Source of the DNA: an uncultured delta proteobacterium
GTDB lineage: Bacteria; Desulfobacterota; Desulfobacteria; Desulfobacterales; JAHEIW01
Direction of reading: 5' to 3'
DNA: 64,000 nt
Assembly: GCA_963706575.1 (NCBI GenBank)
Contig: CAVPNL010000012.1
Span: 64,001 to 128,000, forward strand
A program made the translations under genes and the position numbers. Below the pieces are notes generated by a model. It was given only the letters and a program-made list of their open reading frames with translations. It had not been told where the DNA came from and did no database searches. Below, one piece after another: positions 1 to 9,365 of the stretch (its first letter is position 1; each line of letters starts with the position of its first letter).

Positions 1-1566
1 GGCCGTCCATGATTTTCCGGTGACACAGGAAAGAAGCTCGGCAATTTCCGCCATTTCCATACCGTCGTTATGGGGGGGGAATACGCACACGCCCAGGGAA
101 TCAAGGACGGCGGTTTCATCCTGGGTTTCTTTGACCACCTTGCCTTTGCCGTCTATCGCCAGAGGATCAATAAACGGCGGCGCCCCGAAAGTTTCCCTTG
201 CGATGAGTCCGCGCTCATGGCACCCGCCTCTGGGCGAAGTGGCATACTCAATTCCCATGCCTTTGGCGCCACGCGGATCATAGGCAGCCAGCTCCAAACC
301 TTTGGCGTGCATGGCAAATTGTTCGGCCCCTTTGCCGATTTGTTCGGCGGCGCGGCGGACACCTTCGGCCAGCAGATCGCCGATCCCCTGTCGGCTTCCG
401 ATTTTGCGGATCATTTCCACCATGGCCGAATGGTTGCCAAATTTTAAATTCAGCCCGTCCAGCTCCTGGGTTGTGAGGAGTCCCTTTTCAGCGCACTCCA
501 TCGCAAAAGCAATGGCGCTTCCGGTGGAGATGGTGTCCAATCCCAGTTGATCGCACAGGCGGTCAGCTGCGATAATCGCATCAATGGAGCTGTTACCGCA
601 TTGAGCGCCAAAGGCCCAGAAAGTTTCATACTCGGGGCCTTCGGTGCTGATACCCTCATAAGGTCCTTCGGCCGCCCGGGTAAGGTTGCCGCATGCGACC
701 GGACACTTATGACAGGTCACCGCACTTGTGACCCGTTTTTGTTGCTCGACGGCATTTACCTTGTCGATGCCTTCAAACACGCCCTGCTGGAAATTGCGGG
801 TCGGAAAAAGGCCCCGGGCGTTAACGAGGACGAGGTTGTTGGGCGTGCCAAATTTTCCGAACTGCTTAAGGCGCTCGATGGCGGGGACCTTTTTACGGAT
901 GGCCTTTTGAATTTTATTAAACGTTTGCGGATCCGAGATCGGAACATTTCTTGACCCCTTTACGGCAATCGCCTTGAGGTTTTTCGCGCCCATTACCGCA
1001 CCGGCACCGCCACGGCCGGCCGCGCGCCAACCGCTGATGATGCAGGCAAACCGCACGGATTTCTCCCCGGCAGGTCCGATACAGGCCATCTCAATCGACG
1101 GCTGGTTTAATTCTTTGCGGATGGCATCCTGGCATTCGTCTGTTGTCATCCCCCCAAGATGGTTGGCACTGCGAAATTCAACCTCACCATTATCAATCCA
1201 CAGATAGGTGGGCTCATCCGACCGGCCCTCGATGATAAGCCCATCGTATCCGGCAAAGCGAAGATTTGGACCGAAGAAACCGCCGGCTAAGCTCATTAGA
1301 ATCGTTTCCGATAGCGGAGATTTTGTCACGACCGTGTATTTAACGCACCAGGGAGCTCCGGTTCCGAGCAATGGGCCGGTCAAAAACAGCAACTTATTTT
1401 CAGCACTGAGTGCATCCACATGCGGTGCCAGTTCATCAAATAAAATTTTGGCGCCAAGGCCCCGGCCGCCCAAAAATTTATCGATCCAAGATGGGCGGAT
1501 TATTTCCTCCTGTATTTTTTTCTGTGACAGATTTATTCTGAGGATGACAAAACTAAAATCTGGCAT
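1..1566 (-). CDS. Aldehyde:ferredoxin oxidoreductase (tungsten AOR family), runs off window start
   Basis: Not in ORF track; my translation from ATG at 1566 gives MPDFSFVILRINLSQ..FLGGRGLGAK..TKSPLS..CIGPAGE..AAGRGGAGAVMGAKNLKAI..TCHKCPVAC..EGPEYET..CDQLGLDTIS..YDPRG..RGGCH, all AOR-family motifs. Confidence 0.93.
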   Translation of the reverse strand, partial: MPDFSFVILRINLSQKKIQEEIIRPSWIDKFLGGRGLGAKILFDELAPHVDALSAENKLLFLTGPLLGTGAPWCVKYTVVTKSPLSETILMSLAGGFFGPNLRFAGYDGLIIEGRSDEPTYLWIDNGEVEFRSANHLGGMTTDECQDAIRKELNQPSIEMACIGPAGEKSVRFACIISGWRAAGRGGAGAVMGAKNLKAIAVKGSRNVPISDPQTFNKIQKAIRKKVPAIERLKQFGKFGTPNNLVLVNARGLFPTRNFQQGVFEGIDKVNAVEQQKRVTSAVTCHKCPVACGNLTRAAEGPYEGISTEGPEYETFWAFGAQCGNSSIDAIIAADRLCDQLGLDTISTGSAIAFAMECAEKGLLTTQELDGLNLKFGNHSAMVEMIRKIGSRQGIGDLLAEGVRRAAEQIGKGAEQFAMHAKGLELAAYDPRGAKGMGIEYATSPRGGCHERGLIARETFGAPPFIDPLAIDGKGKVVKETQDETAVLDSLGVCVFPPHNDGMEMAEIAELLSCVTGKSWTA

Positions 1567-1612
1567 TTCCCTATCCTAAAGGTTAATGATTGATATTCGT
1601 GAAAACCATATT

Positions 1613-1942
1613 CTAATATGTGCTCCCCCAAACCACCGACTTCTTCTTTTTAGAAGCCAGCTCGGTCATTTCCTCGATCGGACCAAAGTTCATACATTTG
1701 GTCATGCAATGGTGAACACAGGCAGGTTTTTGGCCCTGTACCACCCGACTCATGCAAAAATTGCAAAATTCGGTGGGAATCGGGACATATTCGATAACCC
1801 CTCGCCCATTCACTTTATAGGTACGCTCGATGACGCGAATGCCCCATTGGTCCGTTTTGAGATTATTTTCCTGTTTACAGGCAAGTTCGCAGGTATGACA
1901 GCCGCTGCACCAGTCATAATCGATATACAGTCCGTATTTCAT
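1613..1942 (-). CDS. 4Fe-4S dicluster electron-transfer subunit of the molybdoenzyme
   Basis: CSGCHTCELAC and CNFC..PACVHHC motifs; 4-nt overlap with upstream catalytic subunit. Confidence 0.9.
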   Translation of the reverse strand: MKYGLYIDYDWCSGCHTCELACKQENNLKTDQWGIRVIERTYKVNGRGVIEYVPIPTEFCNFCMSRVVQGQKPACVHHCMTKCMNFGPIEEMTELASKKKKSVVWGSTY

Positions 1943-4200
1943 AAAAGGCTCTCCTTCTGGTATATACCGTTAATGCCTTCTTTGGCTTTGTAGACTTTGC
2001 ACATGATGGACTTATACTGCCCGCCGCCAAAACCACATTTGGCTTCGGTTCCATCCGGGATCAACTGATTGACGTTTACCTCCCACAGGCCGTAGAGCTC
2101 TTCGGCTTTCTTTTCCGGAAGCCACCAACCATGCGGTGTTTGAACGACTTTTGGATGGATACCGTGAAAGTAGCGGGTCTTGCGCTTGCAACGGCCATGG
2201 GGGTTTTCAACCCAGACCCAATCACCGTCCGCGATTCCCAGGGATCGAGCGGTATCCGGATGGATTTCCAGCACCGGATTGGGCTCCAGTTCCCTTAAGG
2301 GCTTAATGTTGCGATGTTCGGCATGAAAATACAGAACACTGCGTCTGCCGGTGGAAAGAATCAAGGGGTATTCTTTCGCGAGTTCGGGCGTGCTGTAAGG
2401 GCTCATGTGGGGCTCCTCATAATAGGGAAGCGGGTCATAGCCCATTCTTTCAAAATGCGTTGAATAGAACTCCACTTTGCCGGTGGGTGTATTAAAACCC
2501 GGCTTTCCGTCCGGACGCAACAGTCCCTTTTCATGTCTGTGATAAGGCTGAGTGGGATGTCCTTGCGGCGGAAACACCCAGCCTTTTTCTTTCAGCTGAT
2601 CATAATTCAGGCCGGACGGCTTTAAAAAATCGTCAAAAAGTTCACGCAGGCTGTTCCATTTTAGATTCGGGTTGAAACGCCTGGCCAGCTCAAAGCACAT
2701 TTCCTCATCGGGCTTGCAATGCGGCACCTCAATGGACTTCTGCATGGCATTCAGCGGTGTCCACCAGGCTCTGATGCCGTCACGTTCAGCCATTGTGGCT
2801 GCCGGCAGGACCACATCGGCCAGCGCCGCAATGGTCGGATTCATAAACACATCTGAAATGACAATAAAGTCCAGGCGGTTGAGGGCCTCATAATATTTTC
2901 TGGGATTTGCGGCCGAAGCCAGCATATTGTTGCCCGCTATCCAGGCGCCCTTCAAGGGATACGGTTTGTCCGTCAACATGGCTTTCAGGATCATGTCGGC
3001 CTGGGCCCGCCAGTGAAATTCCTTTACCACCGGGTACTCCTCCACTCCGATGCGTTTCGCCATTTGCTCGGGAGGCATGACATCACCATAGTACTTGGCG
3101 ATCGCTTCCTGGCTCATGGGATAAGGCGGAACGTCATAGGCCATTCGGGTGATGGCCATCCCCCCCGGGATATCGATATTGCCGGTGATGGTCCAAAGAT
3201 GTATGACGGAATTCGCCACCATAGCGCCCTCCGGAGCCAGGTCCACCGGTACCCCCCAATGGATGGAGGCCGGATGGCTGTTAGCAAAAAGCCGGGCCGC
3301 TTCGACTATTTTTTCCTTCGGAATCCAGGTAATTTCTGAGACTTTGTCCGGAGGATATTCCTGTACGCGTTCGGCCAGTTTGTCGAACCCGTGAGTCCAT
3401 TTTTGGACGAATTCCTTGTCGTATAAATCTTCATTGATAATGACATTCAGAAGCCCCAGGGCAAGGGCGCCATCGGTGCCCGGTCTGATTTGTAGCCAGA
3501 TCGCCGCTTTTGAGGCCACCCAGGTGTAAACCGGATCGATCACAATGGCTTTGGTTCCCCTTTTCATGCAGTCGATGATCCAGTTCGACATGAATCCATC
3601 ATTACAGGTTACCGCCGGGTTCTGGCCCCAGACCATGATGGTCTCGGGCAAAACAAATTCCGGGTGTTCATACCGCTCCTGGAAATATTGAGAACAGTCC
3701 GGTACGGTATAATCTCCCTGGGTCATTCGCATCGTGACCAGCCGGGGATGAAAGCATGAATTGCCGGTCAGGCCTCCTTGAAGCCAATTGGGACTTCCAT
3801 AGGAGTAAGCCACCAGCAGGAGCCAGCCCCCCACATTTCTACCGGTTCCCTGGATGAAAACCATGGATTCGGCGCCGAACTCATCCTTAATTTTATTCAT
3901 TTTATTTTCGATGAGATCGTAAGCTTCTTCCCAGGAAATTTTTTGCCATTTATCTTCTCCCCGTTTGCCAATTCTTTTCAGGGGTGAGCGCAGTCGGTCG
4001 GGATGATAGATAAAGTCTTTGATTGCCAGTGCCCTGGGGCAAAGACGGCCGTTATTGTAAGGATGATCAGGGTTACCCTCCATTTTAATCAGTTTGCCAT
4101 CCTTGACATGCATAAACACGCCGCAACCCCCATGGCATCCAGGACCTGCCGACCATGTTACGGTTCGAATAATCTCATCCGCCACATTATTTTCTTTCAT
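1939..4200 (-). CDS. Molybdopterin (bis-MGD) oxidoreductase catalytic subunit, DMSO reductase superfamily, acetylene hydratase/dehydroxylase-like branch
   Basis: GCHGGC..CPR Fe-S motif, HPDRL, WLQIRPGTDGALALG, TPTGKVE, C-terminal LSTGRR..HAEHR..EIHP..PHGWW binding domain; no Tat signal; start set to ATG 4200 after AAGGGAG RBS. Confidence 0.9.
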   Translation of the reverse strand: MKENNVADEIIRTVTWSAGPGCHGGCGVFMHVKDGKLIKMEGNPDHPYNNGRLCPRALAIKDFIYHPDRLRSPLKRIGKRGEDKWQKISWEEAYDLIENKMNKIKDEFGAESMVFIQGTGRNVGGWLLLVAYSYGSPNWLQGGLTGNSCFHPRLVTMRMTQGDYTVPDCSQYFQERYEHPEFVLPETIMVWGQNPAVTCNDGFMSNWIIDCMKRGTKAIVIDPVYTWVASKAAIWLQIRPGTDGALALGLLNVIINEDLYDKEFVQKWTHGFDKLAERVQEYPPDKVSEITWIPKEKIVEAARLFANSHPASIHWGVPVDLAPEGAMVANSVIHLWTITGNIDIPGGMAITRMAYDVPPYPMSQEAIAKYYGDVMPPEQMAKRIGVEEYPVVKEFHWRAQADMILKAMLTDKPYPLKGAWIAGNNMLASAANPRKYYEALNRLDFIVISDVFMNPTIAALADVVLPAATMAERDGIRAWWTPLNAMQKSIEVPHCKPDEEMCFELARRFNPNLKWNSLRELFDDFLKPSGLNYDQLKEKGWVFPPQGHPTQPYHRHEKGLLRPDGKPGFNTPTGKVEFYSTHFERMGYDPLPYYEEPHMSPYSTPELAKEYPLILSTGRRSVLYFHAEHRNIKPLRELEPNPVLEIHPDTARSLGIADGDWVWVENPHGRCKRKTRYFHGIHPKVVQTPHGWWLPEKKAEELYGLWEVNVNQLIPDGTEAKCGFGGGQYKSIMCKVYKAKEGINGIYQKESLL

Positions 4201-4231
4201 CAGGTAATCTCCCTTAATATAGATAACAAAT

Positions 4232-5398
4232 TCATTTTTCGCCATAAGCCTCCTGGAAGAGGCTAATGGCCTGTTCTTCAGAGACTTCGCGTATGTTCAT
4301 GTAAATCAACCGTTGGCCGGCTTCATGGGCTCTAAGCGCGAGCGCTTTTACCTCCTCCCTTTTTATTCCATAATCTTTGAGGTAAGGTGAAAAGCCAACC
4401 TTCTCAAAAAGGTGCATAAATACCTCGTGGGCTTTCAGGTACGGCTTTTGGGTAGGGAGCCCATCAAGGTTGTCTGCAAGAGCTTTGGCAATATCTGCGT
4501 AAAGCGTTTCGTTGCCAATGCTGTTAAATCGAATCACCCAGGGTGCCAGCACGGCCAGTGATCGACAGTGGGTAAACCCATCCAGGGCATCAATACCCAG
4601 AGCAAGGGCATGTATAGCACCCAGTCCACCATTGGAGCAACCAATTCCGGCAAGTGTTGCCGCGCGGGCCATGGCCTCTCTGGCTTCGAGGTCCGAGCCC
4701 TGCTGATATGCTTTGATAAAATATTTACCGATTAATCGTATGGCCTCCAATGCGTATAATCGGCTCACTGGATTGGCCTGGCGGGATGTGTAACCTTCTA
4801 CCGCGTGCAGAAGCGCATCCAGCCCCGTTTCCGCTGTAAGCCTGGGCGGCATATCCAAAGTTAACTCTGGATCTACAACGGCTGCTTCTGCCATCGTACG
4901 GGGATCCCAGATTGATTTTTTGACTTTTTCCTGCGGGTCTTCGACCACCACTGCCTGGGTGGCCTCGGTGCCGCTGCCGGCAGTCGTCGGCACCAAAATG
5001 ACGGGAATCCCTTTTTTTCTCAAGAGGTTTCTTCCCAGAAGCGGTCGCATGCCATCTTCATGGGTTGCGACCACTGCGGCTCCTTTTGCCACGTCCATTG
5101 GAGAGCCCCCGCCAAGACCGATAATCAGATCAGCCTTTGTTTCCCGGGCCTGGTTGGCACAATCTTCAACAATGGCAATATCCGGCTCCGGTTTGGGGTT
5201 GATAAAGATTTCAGCACAGCCCCTGTAAGCCCCCATGGCCTGCAGCGCGCGATCTACAAGGCCCAGTTTCTCAATCGTCGGGCCGCTGACTAACAGAATC
5301 TTGCGGGGTTCGATTGTTTCGATAACCCACTTAATCTGGCTCAGTGCTCCCGGGCCGATGTATAGGCTTTTGGGTTGGACGATGTTATACATGCGCAT
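4232..5398 (-). CDS. Iron-containing alcohol dehydrogenase
   Basis: GLGGGSPMDVAK, PTTAGSGTE, DALLHAVEG, GLGAIHAL motifs. Confidence 0.92.
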   Translation of the reverse strand: MRMYNIVQPKSLYIGPGALSQIKWVIETIEPRKILLVSGPTIEKLGLVDRALQAMGAYRGCAEIFINPKPEPDIAIVEDCANQARETKADLIIGLGGGSPMDVAKGAAVVATHEDGMRPLLGRNLLRKKGIPVILVPTTAGSGTEATQAVVVEDPQEKVKKSIWDPRTMAEAAVVDPELTLDMPPRLTAETGLDALLHAVEGYTSRQANPVSRLYALEAIRLIGKYFIKAYQQGSDLEAREAMARAATLAGIGCSNGGLGAIHALALGIDALDGFTHCRSLAVLAPWVIRFNSIGNETLYADIAKALADNLDGLPTQKPYLKAHEVFMHLFEKVGFSPYLKDYGIKREEVKALALRAHEAGQRLIYMNIREVSEEQAISLFQEAYGEK

Positions 5399-5508
5399 TG
5401 TTTATTTTTAACTACAAGTTAAAGGTGTTGCTCTCAATCGGCCCGAAACCCCATGGTTTCTGAAACCCAATAATCTAATCCGGTGGAAATCAACATCCGA
5501 AAATCGAT

Positions 5509-6213
5509 TCAGGTTTTTAAATAATCAAGGACATTGATTTGGTATTCACATGCCAGGAATCTGTCCATGCGTTGGTCAATGAGCTCACAGCGGAAATGAG
5601 AGCCATAAATAATTTCATCCGTTAGAACTGGCAGGGTGCCGGAAAATATTACCAGCCCGTCAGCCATGTCGTCGATCATTTTTGATTTCACCAGTTCCAT
5701 AAGTTCTGTTGCTGAGATGATACTTTCTAACGGGGCTTTCTGGTATAAAATGGCTTCGTGCCCATCAGTCTTGGTAACTTTACTTTGCAATATCAACTCG
5801 TCCCAGCCTGATTTGACATCGTCATAATTCCAGACCTGTTTTGAGATTACATTTGGGCATACCTGCTTGGACTTAATAATACTGTGCCTTTCGATATCCC
5901 GATCGGTATGGTCACTGCCCACGGCAACAAAAACGCCGCCCGAATTTAAAAGCAAGGCAAACTCCGCTTCTCCTGAAGTTTTGCGACCGACAACTTCTAT
6001 CTTATCGGCGGTGGTGATGTTGTGGCCTAGTACGGGAAATATCATCGGAACCGATGGGGGAGGAGGGACACCTTCTTTGCTCAGTTCTTCGATGTGATCA
6101 ACAACCGCCTGTCGGTCTCTGCCGACATAGCCGGCATTAATCATTCGCTCGACTTTAAATTGTATTGTTTCCAACCGGTTTCCGCTGACGACCTCTAAAT
6201 CCATTGTTTTCAT
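5509..6213 (-). CDS. DUF2848 family protein (FAH-superfamily-related)
   Basis: AGYVGRD..HIEEL, TSGEAE, GSDHTDR, SKQ.C motifs typical of DUF2848. Confidence 0.8.
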   Translation of the reverse strand: MKTMDLEVVSGNRLETIQFKVERMINAGYVGRDRQAVVDHIEELSKEGVPPPPSVPMIFPVLGHNITTADKIEVVGRKTSGEAEFALLLNSGGVFVAVGSDHTDRDIERHSIIKSKQVCPNVISKQVWNYDDVKSGWDELILQSKVTKTDGHEAILYQKAPLESIISATELMELVKSKMIDDMADGLVIFSGTLPVLTDEIIYGSHFRCELIDQRMDRFLACEYQINVLDYLKT

Positions 6214-6263
6214 AGCGATCCCCGCATAATTTTTATTAAGTCGCTTTACAGCCGAGAACCCAC

Positions 6264-6449
6264 CTACTTTTTATCGCTGAGCAACACCCCACCTGAACCT
6301 GTATTTTCCTTTGGAAATTCGAGCAGATGAATCATAAATTTTTCTTCCGGAATATTGTAGGCGTCGCTTGCGATTTTGGTTATTTTTTCGACAAGGATTC
6401 TCTTTTTATCCAGAGATAATGCTGGGCCTTCGATTGATATGTGCGGCAT
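6264..6449 (-). CDS. 4-oxalocrotonate tautomerase family protein (DmpI-like)
   Basis: 61 aa, Met-Pro N-terminus (catalytic Pro1), C-terminal ENTGSGG; AAGGAGG RBS. Confidence 0.88.
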   Translation of the reverse strand: MPHISIEGPALSLDKKRILVEKITKIASDAYNIPEEKFMIHLLEFPKENTGSGGVLLSDKK

Positions 6450-6487
6450 ATAAAACCTCCTTTATTATTTTCTTCATCCAGAAGCAT

Positions 6488-7156
6488 TTATTGATTTTCA
6501 ACCAGTGATTTTTCGGTTGCTGCTAAATGATATTTTATTGATTCAGCGGCCTCTTGCTTATTTTTCTGCTTAAGCGCCTTAATAATTGTCTGATGTTCTT
6601 TGATCACCTCATGGATTCTCCCCGGACTGGCCAAGGCCTTTTGGCCAAAGATGGCGATCAGGTCACGAATGTTTTCCATAATTGAGGTCAAGAACCGGTT
6701 GCCGTATCTGTGAATCAAATTCATGTGAAATGCTTTGTCAGTTTCTAAAAAGCCATAAATATCGTCTTTATCAGCGCAATTCTTCATCTGAATCATTATT
6801 TCATCAAGTTCACTTAGATTGAGTTCAATGCTAGAGTCGACCAGCTGCTCAATGATATAAGATTCGATCATTTGGCGTGTTTCAAAAAACTCCTTAATTC
6901 GATTTTCAGAAAATTTTTTAATTTTAAATCCGCGGCCCTGCATGGAAGTCAGCAATCCTTCGGCACTGAGTTGTAACAGCGCTTCGCGAACGGGTGTTCG
7001 GGATACTCCCAAGATTTCAGCAAATTGATTAGTGGAATAAATTGAGTCAAAATCCAACTCGCCGCCGATAATAAGACCTTTGATCCTGTCATATGCCAGT
7101 GCCTGCAGCGTCCCGGGCCGTTCAATTTTATTCATATTTTCCATTGTTTTATACAT
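6488..7156 (-). CDS. GntR family (FCD) transcriptional regulator
   Basis: LGVSRTPVREAL wHTH; FCD motifs DKAFH and EHQTIIKAL; first gene of the operon. Confidence 0.92.
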   Translation of the reverse strand: MYKTMENMNKIERPGTLQALAYDRIKGLIIGGELDFDSIYSTNQFAEILGVSRTPVREALLQLSAEGLLTSMQGRGFKIKKFSENRIKEFFETRQMIESYIIEQLVDSSIELNLSELDEIMIQMKNCADKDDIYGFLETDKAFHMNLIHRYGNRFLTSIMENIRDLIAIFGQKALASPGRIHEVIKEHQTIIKALKQKNKQEAAESIKYHLAATEKSLVENQ

Positions 7157-7194
7157 TTATTCGAAGGGATATGGTTGGAGGTTTTAAATGTCCT

Positions 7195-7224
7195 GTATGT
7201 AGTATACCGCATGTAGCATGTCAA
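7195..7224 (-). promoter_or_regulatory. Putative sigma70 promoter of the GntR operon overlapped by four GYATRY repeats (candidate operator)
   Basis: Minus strand TTGACA-17-TACATA; plus strand gtatgt-a-gtatac-c-gcatgt-a-gcatgt. Confidence 0.55.
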
Positions 7225-7505
7225 TTGTTTTTACCGGATTATGCCCTAAAATGCATCATTTTTCTAAGATCTGTGAATTCAATTTCCGACATTAACAAAT
7301 TACGCGCTTTGACGCTTTAGTTACTTTCCTAATTTACCTCCTTTGCGGTTAAAAGGTTTGACATACGCGAAAAGCCGGAGGTAAATTTATGATCGCCATT
7401 TAGTAGGTGCATACAGAACTATTGGCAAAAGTCCACACCTGTCATCTCACGACAGCACCCATACAAGGAACCCTATTCTTAAAGAAGGGGTAAGATCGGG
7501 AAGAC

Positions 7506-8162
7506 GTGCAACGCGATCCAGAAAAAAAGGAAGCGAGATTCATTCGAACGTGTTTTTCAACTGTAGTTTGCAATGCCCTGGAAGTCGGGTGCGGTAACGG
7601 CCGCATGACCAGCGATCTGGCCCAGATTGCAGATAACCTGGTAGCGACAGATCCATATGTTGAAGAATTGAGGTCCGCGCGCCGTCGTGTTGAGATCCCT
7701 GTCAAGTTTGTAGTGGCCTTTGGAGAGTCACTTCCCATTGCGGCAAACAGCCTTGACCTGGTGGCCTTCACCCGCTCTCTGCACCACCAGGAGCCACATA
7801 AAGCCCTCAGTGAGGCGCGCCGTGTATTGAGAGAGGGCGGGCAGATTTTTATCCTTGAACCGATGGGCGATTCTCTGTTTGAAAGACTGTTCGCGGTCTT
7901 TGATGATGAATCCAGGAAGTTTAAACTGGCCGAGAAAGCCATAGACGAAAGCGGACTGAAGGTGTTTCGTTCAGGATCCATTAGGACTTGGTGGGTGTTT
8001 GAGGATTTTACAGAGATGACCGCCTACTTGTTCGACTACTTCGGCTTAGAGCTGGATAGGGAGAAAGAAAACAGTATGGCACAGATTCTGGGCGATCGTC
8101 GGGGGTTAGAACCGCTGCCCATCGAGTATACTACCCGCTTCTGGGTTCTTCGCGAGAGGTAG
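7506..8162 (+). CDS. Class I SAM-dependent methyltransferase
   Basis: LEVGCGNG motif I; SLHH..ALSEARRVLREGG. Confidence 0.85.
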   Translation: MQRDPEKKEARFIRTCFSTVVCNALEVGCGNGRMTSDLAQIADNLVATDPYVEELRSARRRVEIPVKFVVAFGESLPIAANSLDLVAFTRSLHHQEPHKALSEARRVLREGGQIFILEPMGDSLFERLFAVFDDESRKFKLAEKAIDESGLKVFRSGSIRTWWVFEDFTEMTAYLFDYFGLELDREKENSMAQILGDRRGLEPLPIEYTTRFWVLRER

Positions 8163-8239
8163 GAGTCTATCGTAATGCCGCGTACATTTGATATTCCAAT
8201 CCGCCCGCCGGAGTTTTGATTCTGTGGTCGGCGCCGGTG

Positions 8240-9022
8240 TCAGATACCCCAGCCGGCGTCGACGCTCACGTCTTGTCCGGTGATGTTGCGGCTGTCCTCG
8301 CTGACCAGAAAAAGGACGGCATTGGCCGTGTCTTGAGCTTCGGTGGTGCGTTCCAAGACCTGCGATTTTTCGTAATGTTGGTGGACTTCCTCGACGGTCC
8401 AACCCCACAGCTCCGCCTTGCGCTTGCAAAGCATCTCCATGCGCGGGCCCTCGACGGGACCAGGCAATACACAGTTGATGTTGATGTTGTACGGCCCGAC
8501 CTCAATGGCGATGGTGCGTGTTAGCCCGCGAATCGCCCACTTGGATGCACTGTATCCTGCCCGATTCTTGTACCCACGCAACCCGGCAGTGCTTCCGATT
8601 GTCACGATCTTCCCGCTTCTTTGGTCGATCATAGTGGGCAGTACGTACTTAATCGGCAGGAAGGTGCCGACGACGTTGACATCAAGCACCTCACGGAAAG
8701 CTGCGGGCTCGATATCCCATAGCGGCGTTTCGACAGGACCGGGAATGCCAGCCACGTTGACCAGTATGTCGATACGACCGCCAAATACCGACAATGTTCG
8801 TTTGACCATCGCAGCTACCTCAGAGTCATTCGTGACATCGGTACCAACGATTTCAACCCGGCGGCCCAGCGAACGAACTTCGCTGGCGACTTTTTCAAGG
8901 GCGTTGGTGTCACGGGAAGCGAGCACGAGATCGGCGCCTTCCCGGGCCAAAGTTAGACTGATGTCACGCCCCATGCCTTTGGCGCCGCCGGTGACGATCG
9001 AGACTTTGTTTTCCAGTTTCAT
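8240..9022 (-). CDS. Short-chain dehydrogenase/reductase
   Basis: TGGAKGMG, LVNVAG, YSASK catalytic motif, NITGQ. Confidence 0.93.
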   Translation of the reverse strand: MKLENKVSIVTGGAKGMGRDISLTLAREGADLVLASRDTNALEKVASEVRSLGRRVEIVGTDVTNDSEVAAMVKRTLSVFGGRIDILVNVAGIPGPVETPLWDIEPAAFREVLDVNVVGTFLPIKYVLPTMIDQRSGKIVTIGSTAGLRGYKNRAGYSASKWAIRGLTRTIAIEVGPYNININCVLPGPVEGPRMEMLCKRKAELWGWTVEEVHQHYEKSQVLERTTEAQDTANAVLFLVSEDSRNITGQDVSVDAGWGI

Positions 9023-9365
9023 TGAGTGATCATTTCATACACCGAATTTGATGCTCCGGTCATCGGACTGACCGCGCTTTACTGTAACCAAAGTGGCGTT
9101 GCCCGCTTAAATTGACGTTGCTATGGCTGTAAGATAGGAAATTGATTTTTTAGCGCGGATTAATCGAAAAAACTTTAGACAAGATTTTATCTTATGAGAA
9201 CGGTGAATGTGTCAACAACAAATTTGAATCCATATTTTTTTGCTTTCACAATTCCTGTGATATCATATTGTCAATTGAAGTTCTAACTTGCTTTCCAATT
9301 CTGCCAATTCACATATAGGCCAGGGCAATTAAATAGTTGATGGGGATATAAAAAAGCGCTGACGA

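Noticed and set aside
20..1993. Plus-strand ORFs over the AOR and ferredoxin genes, and similar shadow ORFs across the window
   Set aside because: Antisense or alternate-frame to well-supported genes, with no motifs or RBS
1939..4200. Calling the molybdoenzyme acetylene hydratase or DMSO reductase
   Set aside because: Catalytic Asp position holds His, first cluster Cys is missing, and there is no Tat signal or membrane anchor; substrate cannot be assigned
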